A DNA stretch of 41,543 bases from Prorocentrum cordatum (Eukaryota): NCBI GenBank assembly GCA_963575745.1, contig CAUYUJ010000314.1, forward strand, positions 620,001-661,543, written 5' to 3'. The first letter of the stretch is position 1. Every line of letters starts with the position of its first letter. The notes under the pieces were generated by a model that was not told the DNA's origin, made no database searches, and saw only the letters and a list, made by a program, of their open reading frames with translations. Shown here piece after piece: positions 9,773 to 20,245 of the stretch. The position numbers were made by a program, and so were the translations under genes.

Positions 9773-12700
9773 GTGAGAGTGGCCACCGCGAACGTGCAGA
9801 CCCTGCGCCCAAAGCGCGACGAATTCATGATTGCCCAAGTAAGTGGAGAGACGCTGGTGGGGGATATCCAGCTTCTCGAACATCAATGTGATGAGCGCGA
9901 GCTCCGGATAGTCGGTGTCCAGGAAGGGCGTGCCAAGAGTGACCGCGTTCGAGGCGGTACCTATTATGAGCAGTGCATTACGCAGAGCACGCCTGAGGGG
10001 GAACTAGGTGTGCAGATCTGGATTCATACTAAGTTGAATGTGTCAGCATGTTGTGGTGCGCAGGTCTCATCGTTTGATGTGCACTGTGGGCAATTTGCAG
10101 CACTCCGAGGGGGCGTTGGCCGTGGTCGCTCACGCCCCCACTTCTTTTTCGTCGCTGGCCGAGCTGGAGACCTTTTGGGCTGAGGTCGATAGCGTCCACT
10201 CGTGGCTCGCTCAGGAGTACAACGATGCATGCATATTAAATTTGTCGGACGCCAACGGCCGCCTCGGTCCCGAGGGATCTGTGGGAGTGAGTGCGCGTCA
10301 GGATCCCAACGCGGAGGGCGACGACAGCAATGGCACGTTCTTGCGCGCCCATGCCGATACTAACCATAGGTTCGTTCTCAACACTTTCGGCGAGTACGAG
10401 ACGACGTGGAGGTCACGGCGACGTGGGGGTCAGCACGGTCTCGCATCGACTATAACTTGTGCAGTGGCAGGCGGCTTCCCTCCTTTCGGCGAGCATGGGT
10501 GGACGCGAGCGCCGACTTCGCTCTGTCCACTTACGTCGACCACAAACTCGTGATAGCGTTGCTGGAGAACGTGTTCTGTTCACTGAGCTTGCCAAACACG
10601 CTGCCCCGAAGTGCCGAGTGAATAATTTAGCGCTGGCCGAGCCGCGCTAGCGTGAGCAGTTCCAGCAGAATATGTGCCGGTCCCAGGCTCGAGCCAAATT
10701 GGATCTCGAGCGCCGCGCGGCCAGGTGCGCGGCCATCACGAGGAAGGGCGCGATCGAGACCTTCGGCCGTGCCGAGAAGGTCCCGAGGGAGCCGTGGACA
10801 CCTCGGCGGACGTGGGCAGTGCTGCGGCATTTTGCTCCCGCCAGGGGCCTTACCCACTCGTGCTTGCAACTTGCGCGCCTGCAGTGGAGAGTGGTGTGCT
10901 CCTTCCGGTGGGCGTCGGTGCTGGCGGAGACCTTTCCCGTGCAAGACAAGAGCGCTACCTCTGGGAATCCTGCGCGAGACAGAAAACATTACCTTTGGGA
11001 GGCCTGCGCATGACAAGAACGCTACCTACGGAATGCCCGCGCAAGACAAAAACACGTTACCTTTGGAATGCCCGCACAAGACAACAACGTTACTTATGGA
11101 AGGCCTGCGCAAGACAGGAACGTTACCTCAGGAAGGCCTGCTCAAGACAAGAACGTTACCTCTTGATGGCCTGCGCGAAACAAAAACGTTACCCATGGAA
11201 GGCTTGCGCAAGACAGAAACGTTGCCTCTGGCCCTTCCGGCTACCCTTGCCGTTGCACCGGTGCCAAGGTATGCCGCGCCCCTGCAGCGGCTGTGGCTGC
11301 GCAGCGCGACGGTCGCGCTGCCGTGAGGTTGTGGCGCATGATCGACGCCGGCGGCCGTGCTGCGTCAGCCGGCCCGCGCAACTTCGCGCGCGAGGACCGC
11401 CGTGAGTTTCTGGAGCGGAAAGCGCTGGAGGCCCAGGAGGCAGCGTGCAGGAACGACACCCAGACCACATTTGTCATCGTTCGGCAGCTCGGTGGCAAGT
11501 CAGCCAGCAGCGACCAGTCCATCCGTGATCGCGATGGCGTGTTGGTGGAGTCGTCGGATCTCCGTGAGGCGCGCTGGGAGGAGCACCTTTGTGACGTGTT
11601 CCAGGGCCAGACCGTCGACAGCGTCGGGCACATCCCGACGACCGCCAGCATGATGTGCAGCGAGGCCACGGCTGCTGTCCCGCCTCCTTCGCTGTTCCGT
11701 CCATCCGTTGTGGCTGAGAGTATGAAGAACATGAAACGTAACAAAGGAGTTGGTATCGATGGAGCCCCTGTCGACGTGCTGCAAACCGCTGGTGACGCAG
11801 CCGCTGTGAAGATATCGGACACTGGACAATTCGTCGAAGCTCAGCGCGGCTGGCCGTCTGCGTGGAAAGGCGGCAAGATCGTAGACGTCTACAAGCGCAA
11901 AGGCGACAATGCGATATGCGATAACAGCCGGGGCATTTTGTTGCTGGATTGTACCTTCAAAGTGTTATTTGGTATTCTTATGTGCTCGGTGACCACCATG
12001 TACCCGCTGCAGTTGCCCGCGTCCCAGTTTGGAGCAGTGCCGCACGGTGGCTGCGATATCGCTTCCCGTTAACTTCTGGCGGCAAATGATCTTGCATTGC
12101 TGAAATCTTTATCGATCTTCTTTCTATGTTTAAAAGCATGGCGAAGGCATTCGATATAATCGCGCGCGAGATAGCGTTTGGCTTCACCCCCGAGAGTGCG
12201 AAGGACCCAATTTCACATCTTCGATCTCTCGGTCTTTCTGAACGTCAGGCATGCTGGACTTCAGAATTCTTGAAAACACAGAGTCCGGTCCTGCAGAGAT
12301 GGAGGCTGGACCCGCTCGTGATTGAGTTGCTCTTCGGCGCCCGACATGGGCCATGGTTTGCCTGTGGCGCTCGAACGTCGCGAGTGATCGCGCAGAAAGG
12401 TGGGCGTCAGGGCTGCCAGTCGGGCGCCTGCGTCTTCAACGCTGTATATTCTGTTGGGCTGATTCTGCTGCGCATTTCCATGAGCGCGGCGGGCATTGGA
12501 TTCTGTGTCAGGCGCAGCTCTGATGTATTCTGGTGTGGCGAGCCCGTCGGTCCCGAGGAGGAGTTCGTAGATATGACGTTCGTCGGTGATGAATGCATTG
12601 TTCTGCTCGCCGACTCCGCTCGCAAACTATCGAACGCCATGCGCGTGCCGCTGGAATTGTTGGCGCTCACATTCGGCGTGCTGGATTTGAAGGTCAACTT

Positions 12701-13832
12701 TGAGCCGGGCAGGACAGAGGCGATGATTCACTTCCGAGGCCATCATGCTACATGCTGCTGGGGAGAGTTTGTCTCGGCTGATGGGACGCGCATGCCATTG
12801 TCAAAGTCGGAATTCTTGAACGAGGATCAGACGAATGTGCGCGTGGTGAAGTTGCGCAAGCACCTTGGTGCAACAGTAGCGGCAGATAAGTATGATGTTC
12901 CCGACGCGAAGCATAAGTGTCAGATTGCGATGCTGGCGTTCGTCCCAATCTCAAAGAAGATTATTGGGAACCAGAAGCTTGCGCTTCATCTTCGCCTCGT
13001 TCTTGCTGGTGCTCCCGTGTTCAGCCGACTGCTGTGCGGCGCCTGCATCCTCGACCCGTCCATCCAGTTCACGAGGCAGTTAAATGGAGTATTCCTGCGA
13101 GTGTATTGTTATTTATGGTCAGCTTCGCCATTGTCGAGTTGTACCTGACCATCTGTTTCGTGCTGGACACTGCGTCCCGAGCCTAGATTGTTTACTAGCG
13201 CGTGAGAGGTTGTTATATCTGAAGAGGCTGCTCGCCCACGGTCCCGAAATGTTGAAAGCGTTGCTTGCACAGAGGGGCACTGGTGACTGCATGGTGCGAT
13301 GGAGTTCGCGGATTCGGAAAGATATGGAGTTTCTCAGAGATCTGGTGCTACCTGAGATGCCTGAGTTGAAAAACGTGAGCAAATTGGTGCAAGTCATCAG
13401 CTCTGAGAAATGGGCCCAGCATGTAGAGCGTTTGTATTTTTGCACCTCTGTGCTAAATAGCGCGCCTAGTGTCAGCGCGAGTGTCGAGCAGCACGTGTGT
13501 GCATAATGCCACTTATTTTAGCTCCTCCAAAGCGCTTGCACAGCATGCCCGTATCAAACAGAAAGCGCGAAATCAAATGTGAGTGTGCGCGTTTGCCGAT
13601 TGCCGTTGCCGTGCATGTGATACTGTTTTCTCGAATCGTTGGTGTTTGATTCGCCACCTGTAGGGAACGCATGATCTGTATGGAAGTCCCCCCTTTCACT
13701 GGCCCCGAGCTCGAGAGCCTTGATCGCGAGGAGGCTGAATCCAGCCGTCTTGCGAGAAGGGAAGGCCACTCACAAGCCCAACCGATTAGACCTGCCCCAA
13801 AGAATGGCAAGCTGGTCGGGTGGATTAGCTAG
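9773..13832 (+). pseudogene. LINE ORF2: APE endonuclease, reverse transcriptase, two C2H2 zinc fingers; multiple frameshifts and stops
   Basis: Endonuclease motifs ATANVQTL, GVQEGR, AHAPT, DANGRLG, LNTF, RIDY, DHKLV. RT motifs KGVGIDG, YKRKGD..CDNSRGILLL, QFG, AKAFD, GGRQGC, FVGD (decayed YADD site), KHLG. C-terminal HVCA*CH..FSSSKALAQH and CRACDTVFSNRWCLIRHL. Confidence 0.93.
10942..11231 (+). repeat. 33-bp minisatellite (about 9 copies) in the LINE endonuclease-RT linker
   Basis: Unit approximately caagacaagaacgttacctctggaaggcctgcg; one frame reads KTxTLPxEGLR repeats. Confidence 0.9.
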
Positions 13833-13982
13833 CGAACCGAGCAGATGTATACAAACGTGAGACATCCTGAGGATATCCTTGCTGGAAAAATATGTACACA
13901 TGTTTCCCAATCAGAGCTTGCTTCTGTGGGCGTCTTAGTGGATTCATATGTGTAGGTGATCTACGTGGCCGATTTCGGTGGC

Positions 13983-14592
13983 CGGCCCGGGTGCCACGCG
14001 TGCCGGGGTGCCCGGATGCCCGGGTGCCCGGGTGCCCGGGTGCTGGGGTGCTCAGGTGCCCGGGTGCCCGGGTACCCAGTAGCCCTATAGCCCTATAGCC
14101 CTACTATAGCCCTATAGCTTTATAGCCTTATAGCCATATAGCCCTATAACCCTACAGTCCCCATAGCTTTATAGCCCTAATAGGTCTGTAGCCCTATAGC
14201 CCTATAGCCCTATGGCCCTAATAGCTTTATCGCCCGATAGCTCTATAACCCTACAAACCTATAGCCCTACGGTCCTATAGCCCTATGGTCGTATAGCCCT
14301 ATGGTCCTATAGCCCTATAACCCTACAGCCCTATACCCCTACCCTATAGCTCTATAGCCCCATAGCCCTGTAGCCCTATAGCCCCTTCGCCCTATAGTTA
14401 TACATGTCTATAGTCATCATAGCCTTAAAGCCCTATAACTTTATAGCCTTATAGCCCACAGCCCTATAGCTCTATAGCTCTACAACCCTATAGCTCTACA
14501 TGCCTATAGCCCTATAGCCCTATAGCCCTATAACCCTTTAACCCTATAGACCTATAGCCCTATGGTCCTACAGCCCTATAGCCCCATAGCCC
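13983..14592. repeat. Adjacent 8-bp satellites (gcccgggt)n then (gccctata)n
   Basis: Direct reading; the unit switches at about 14080. Confidence 0.9.
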
Positions 14593-14629
14593 GAAGCCCA
14601 AAATATATTTTGATGGTTCTCTCCGGTAT

Positions 14630-14911
14630 CATATGTATGTACGTACGTACCTACGTATGTGTGTATGCATGCATGTATGTATGCATGCATGCATGCATGT
14701 AGGTCGGTCGGTTGGTTGGTAGGCAGGCAGGTAGGTAGGCAGGTAGGTGGGTAGGTAGGTATGCATGCATGCATGCATGCAAGTGTGTATGCATGCATGC
14801 ATGTATGTATGTATGCATGCATGCATGCATGTCTGTCTGTCTGCCTGTCTGTCTGTCTGTCAGTCTGTCTGTCTGTATGTATGTATGCATGCATGTATGT
14901 TTGTACATGTA

Positions 14912-14946
<35 letters not shown>

Positions 14947-14990
14947 TATGTAGAGAGACAACTATAGAAAGAGAGAGAGAGAGAGAGAGC
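14630..14990. repeat. Compound TATG/CATG/GGTA/TCTG/TA/GA microsatellite
   Basis: Direct reading. Confidence 0.95.
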
Positions 14991-15089
14991 AGTGAAGTGA
15001 GCGTAGAGACGAAGAAATGATGAACAATCGCTGGAGAGATGGAGGTATGGAGGGTGACACGTCCATCTGTTTTGAGCTGTCCGACAGAG

Positions 15090-15122
15090 GAGATCACCGA
15101 AGCTCTCAAAGAGTACATTCAG
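15090..15122 (+). CDS. Possible small hisC exon (EITEALKEYIQ)
   Basis: AG acceptor at 15088-89, CAG|GT donor, phase 0 matching the previous exon, and a helix of the kind expected between PPPK and RYP. Codon usage is less GC3-rich than the other exons and it does not join cleanly to the next one. Confidence 0.25.
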
Positions 15123-17770
15123 GTGCCTGCGGCAAGTCCCGCCGCTGTGTCAGCGCAGCCCCCTCTGTGGCGACCCGTCGAGATGCAGAGGGCCGCACCA
15201 CGTGACACGGTCTTTGCGCAGGCCCCGGCAGCCGTGACAAGTGCCTTGGTCTTCGCCTGGGCCCGCAGAGCTGCAACACGCGACGCCCGAGAGGGCCGTA
15301 GCACGCAACAGATCGCCTCCCCAGTCTAGGGAGAGCCGTGCCCTTTGGTCAGCACCCCGACTGCCGCGGCCACTGACGGGCTCAACAGGGGTTCGAGGCA
15401 CGTGCAACCAATCACGGCGCTGCCTGGGACCGCCGCAGGCCGAGCTTGTTCGAAGACAAAGACTTTGTTTTTTTGATCTGCGGGGCGAGAGCGAACCTCT
15501 TCCGCTGAAAGCTAAGCGGGACGCGCACAGCTGTAATTAGCAGAGAAAGGGCGAAAGAAGGCGGGGCCTCACGGCGGCCGGGAGAGGGCGAAGCCCTGGG
15601 ATCAGGCGGTGCCGAAGATGACGTGCAGGAAAAGGTACACCTTGGACAGGAGCCCGGTGGCGAAGTCCCGGGCCCGAAGACAAAGACACGGCATATAGAG
15701 ATACGCTTCTGGAGCTCGGACCTCTGACCTCTCCGAGCTCCGGCAGCTCCTGCCGATGCTGCTCTGCCCGCAGAGGCGGGCGCCCGCTCCACGGGGTGCG
15801 GGCCTGGCCAGTCCGACCCCCGCTCGCTGCCAGTGGCCAGCCGAGTGGCGGGACTGCCGGTCGGCTGTGCAGGCTCGGCGTCGGCGCCGGACTGCCTCTC
15901 GGGCCTGTGGCCGTGGGCCCTCGGGGCTGGCTCGCCCGCCGCCGCGGCCGCGAGGGCTGCCCGTGGCTGTCGGCGCCGCAGTCGCTGCTGATGCCAGCGA
16001 GCGTCGTGCAAGATGCCGGCGCCTGCCTGCTGTCCGTCATGAAGGGAGCGGGTCCTGGCGGGGTCCGTCGCCGTTTTTGGGGCGCCCCAGGGGCTTGTCG
16101 GAGAACTGCTCAGGACGAAGGCCTGGTCCTGGGGGAAGGCCCCGGGGTCCAGGACCCACTTGAGCGACGGAAGACACGGGGTCGTCTTCACCGACATTGG
16201 CGCGCAAGCTGCCAGCGTAAGGTCGCGCGTAAGCGCCCTCGTTTCCAGTGTAGCGTGCCGCGCTGGTGGCCCGCGTAAGCCGCCGCGTAAGACCCGTAAG
16301 ACACGTTTCCTTGGCATTGCTCGGACGTTTGAACTTCTTTTCGGCGAGGTCCATCGAGGAGCCCTTTGCGCCATCTTGCGAGAAGAGACGCACGAAGCCG
16401 AGAAGTGCACGGGGAATGGACGTCCGAGCGATGGCGAGTTTTCTGATCGTCGCTCCGTTCCCTCGTGCCATTGAGGTGGGTGCCGAAGTGCGGCTCGCGC
16501 GGGGCGAGCGCCGCCGCGAGCGGTCGTCGAGCCTGGAGGTCGCTGCGAATGGGAGGTCCCCGAGCCCGAGGGCGAGAGCACGCTTCTTCGGCTGCTCGTG
16601 GTCGCAGGTGACTTTTCTCCCCCAATCCCCGAGCTTCGCCGGAAAAGTATGACCTCTCAGAAAAAGAGGGAAACCCTGGGATACACCCCAAGGAGGCTAT
16701 TCGGACGCACCACTATCGAGGATGAACGCCCCCCAATCGTATATCCCAGGGTTGGGGCTCAAATTTCTGCTTCATGCGAAAACCCCACGATGTCTGGGAT
16801 AGGGGTCGACATATGCCCTGTTATGTGGGAGCGACCCTTTGCCGCAGGGACCTGTCGGCGCGGGCCCGCTGGGATCCCCCGATCGTGGACTGCGCATTCA
16901 GCGATCGGCGATGCGCCCCCTCGGCGATGCACGCGCTGCCCGGATCAGCAGTTCGCCGACCGAGAATTGTGAAGTATTTTCTGACATGGCCACTTGTTTT
17001 TTTTAGATCTCAGGTCGATGATCGCGCAACGCAACCACATGCGTTGCGAGAGCAGCGGCTGGCGTGGCTCGGTGTGGCCCCCGTGCGTGCCCCCGAAAGC
17101 CGTGCGCCAAAGGTCATTTTTGCCTGGGGTCACTCTTGCGTGTAGCCGACTCTTGTGGGCCCAGAGACGTCCCCGGGGCGTGCGACGAGCTGCTGGACGA
17201 AAGAGGGTGACAGGCAGGACACATGGTAAATCATTTCTTTTCAAATGATTTTTGGTTCGAGGGCCTCCTGGAGGACCTTCTGGATGCCTCCTTCCGCGTC
17301 CCTTGGAGCTTCTTGGGCGCCTCTCGGGGTCTTCCTGAACGCTGTCGGGTCCTGCTTGATTGAGCTGGCAGCCTTGGACGCCTTTGTGGGCCCGTCTTGG
17401 ACATCGCCTCGGATACCCGTTGAGGGGGCGTAGACCGCGCAGGAGGCTTTGGGATGCCTGGGGGCCTCGGGAGATACGGGATGCACGCGCCTGGATGGCA
17501 GCGGGAGGGGGCCCTCTGAAAGCCACGAAACCGAGTCGGACAGCCCAGTCTGTTCTACAAGGGCTCCCTCGAGGGCGCGAAGTTATTCGCGCTTCGCGCT
17601 TCGCGGTCCTCGTTCCTTCTCCCCCTCCTCCTCGTCCTCCTATTCTCCTTCTGGGAGGGCGGCGCGAGAGCGCGAAGTTATTCGCGCTTCGCGCTTCGCG
17701 CAGCGCGAAGCGCGAAGTTGGGAGCCCTAGGTTCTACCACTCCGCAACGCGCCGTGGAGCGCCGTGGCGG

Positions 17771-17840
17771 ATCGATGGGGGCCACATGCAGCGCTACCCG
17801 TCGTACGGCAGCCTCCAGGCGGACATCGCCAAGTACGCAG
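17771..17840 (+). CDS. hisC: hisC exon (RYP motif); 5' boundary uncertain
   Basis: IDGGHMQRYPSYGSLQADIAKYA-G matches the HisC xxRYP....L...IA.Y.G motif. It ends GCAG|GC (phase 1), joining GT at 23989 to make Gly. No clean AG at the 5' end. Confidence 0.75.
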
Positions 17841-18558
17841 GCGCTGACCTCTGGCCCCGTGCGTCGATGTTCTAGCCGGAGTCTTCCCTTCCGTCGTTGA
17901 TTGGTCTCTTGCAGAGCGTCTGCTCGGAGAAGCTCCCTGGAGCAGTTCGTGGATTTCCCACGCTCGTCTGTCGAAGGCGGCTTTGAGCGTGATTTGGGGG
18001 CGGACTGCCACTCTTGTCCGAAGAGCTGAGTGTGCAGACGTCGTCGTAAATTGCAGTTGCGTCTTTCTGGGGTAGGCCGCGAACGTTCAACATGAGGATC
18101 TGACGTCGGTGCTGACGGGGAGGGTGCTTGAGACAGACGCGGTCTCCCCGATCGTCTGAGTGTTTACCTGTTTATCATGTCCTTGCTCTCCTTTTCGTTC
18201 TTCTGCTTCCTGCTTTTGCATTCCACTGCTGGTTCCTCTTTGGAAGCGGCGCTCGCTCGGTGGCATGTAGGGTGAGGCAGCGGAGAACATCATAGTGCAT
18301 CCGCAGCGGGAGCTTTGAAGCGCAGCACGCGTGCCACGATGCGAGCGCAAAGCGCAACATGCACGACGGATCGCTTTTCTCGAAGCGCATGTGGCCGGCA
18401 TTTGTTCGACATATGAAGTCGGTGGCACACTGCTGTCGTACTAGTCGAATATCGAACAAGTAAGCAGCAGTTCGTGTGGCTGCATCCAGGCCGTCTCAGT
18501 GTCAGCATTCACGGGCTCGTCGGCCCCACAGTTCGCAGCAGGGCTGCGACCATCGTTA

Positions 18559-18688
18559 ATTGGCCACGCGCAGAGGGGGGGTATGGGGGAGGGGTGAAGG
18601 CTTCTTAGAAGCACCCGCGCCTTCTAAGAAGCAGCCTCCTTCTAAGAAACCTTCCCCCTCCCCCTATCCCCCTCTGCGCGCCGCCAAG
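18559..18688. mobile_element. 130-bp foldback MITE flanked by TA
   Basis: attggccacgcgcagagggggggtatgggggaggggtgaaggcttcttagaag pairs with cttctaagaaaccttcccctccccctatccccctctgcgcgccgccaag; TA at 18557-58 and 18689-90. Confidence 0.75.
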
Positions 18689-20245
18689 TAAACTCACATG
18701 TCCTCTGCGTCCTGTGGGCGTTTCCTGTCTCGCAGCGCGGCTCGGCACCCGTCCTCTACCGCAGCTCACTTCTGGAGGCCTCTGCCCAGCATGGCACGCC
18801 ATTTTTTCGGCGCCAGCGGACTCTTCTGTGCAGGGTAAGGTTTGGGTCGCTGTGGCAAGGGACGAGGCGAGTTCGCAACACCGAGATGCTTGTCTTGGCC
18901 GCGCACTGCGAGCTCCTAGACGGACATCTTCGTGCCATGATGGAGTCAACCATCGTTTGGCCGCTGCCATATGAAGGCGTGCTGCGGCCAGGATGTGCCA
19001 CGACTCAGCTGCACTGCGACCTCTGATGCAGAGGATGTACTGAAGGACTGAGGGGCTGCACGTGCACGGGTACTCGCCCGATGCGCACCAGGATGCCGAA
19101 CGCAGGAGTTGCGCTCTGCTGAGCGTTTTGTATGCGGGGGGCCCCGTTGCTGCGGCTTGCGAGCATCCGCCGTCGGGCAGCTTGACGCACGCCTTCCGTT
19201 CTCTATGTCAGCGCCCTCGCAGCATCCCGCTCCTGGTTACTACGACCTTGCCGCGTGCAGGGGCCGCTGCTTCACTGCAGGTACGCGTGCAGCAGGTGGA
19301 GAGTCGCACAAGGCAGGTGCGCTTCACCCTACTCCCATCCCGCCTCCCAGTTGGCGAGTCGACCTCCACCTCCTCCTCGTGCTGCGCCTACCCAGCTCAG
19401 TGTGCCTTTCCTCCATCTCTGGCGCGATGGCCCAGTCGGCCTAGGCCTGCCGCGTGGCGCCGCCGGATTTCACCACCTCGCCTCGGCGTCAGTCCGACGT
19501 GCATTTGCACCGTGCCGCCCGCCTATGTGTCCTTCTGCTCCACCTGTGGCAGGCGCAGTTGTCGCATGCGCCTTTCCTCGTCGCCGCCGCCCACGGCGAA
19601 GGGCGATGGCGGTGGTGGCTCTCCCCCGAGAGTAGGCCCAGCGTTGGCTGCTGTGTTGGCCCGCCATCGTTGGCTGCTGTTGGGCTGCCAGCGTTGGCCG
19701 TGTTGGCCTGACGGTGTTGGCGTTGTGTGGTCCAGGCGTTGGCTGGAGGAGCGGCGCGGGCCGCATCATTGGCTGCTGTGCTGGCCCGCCAGAAGCTCCC
19801 GAGGCCGTCCCAGCTGCGCCGGCCTGCTGGCATGTGGCCGCGCTCGCTGCAGCGCGGGCACAGCTCGTGGTCAGGCTCCCGCCCGCCGCGGCCGCCGCCG
19901 CAGCTGCCAGCGGCAGCGGCGGGTGCAGGCATGTGCGGTATCTCTCCAGCCCGACCCCGTCAGCGAGGCGGTGGGGAATTCCCGCTCCGGAGTCGTGCCC
20001 TGGGATTTCGAGGAGTGGTGGATATATGTACATATATATGTATATACATATAACGGCGCACCGGGTCCGGGGGCCCGGGGCCGGGACCCCGACCGCAAAT
20101 GTGGGCCCCGGGGGGCCCGGAGGCTCGTCGGACCGCCGGACGCCGTCCAAGATCGTTCGCAGGCGGCTTCGGAACGCGCTCCGATGGCTCCAGATGCCTT
20201 CCAAGACGCCTGTCATGACACCAAGAAGGTCCCAGAAGCCTCCAA

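Larger units (their letters stand above)
8487..13889 (+). mobile_element. Full-length degenerate LINE (APE endonuclease + RT + C-terminal C2H2 fingers, RTE-like), SL relic at 5' end, A tail, 15-bp TSD
   Basis: Flanks atatgtttacatgtt (8472-8486) and atatgtacacatgtt (13890-13904) match 13/15; short A run at 13886-13890; ORF1 and ORF2 domains are recognisable in between. Confidence 0.9.

Noticed and set aside
10688..10704. Antisense partial SL match (reverse complement ccaatttggctcgag)
   Set aside because: Only about 13/15 of the 3' part matches, inside LINE coding sequence with no junction features; likely chance.
13868..13890. ctgagga...ggaaaa as a hammerhead ribozyme core in the LINE 3' UTR
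   Set aside because: No convincing stem II closing onto GAAA and no stems I or III; the A run is better explained as the LINE tail.
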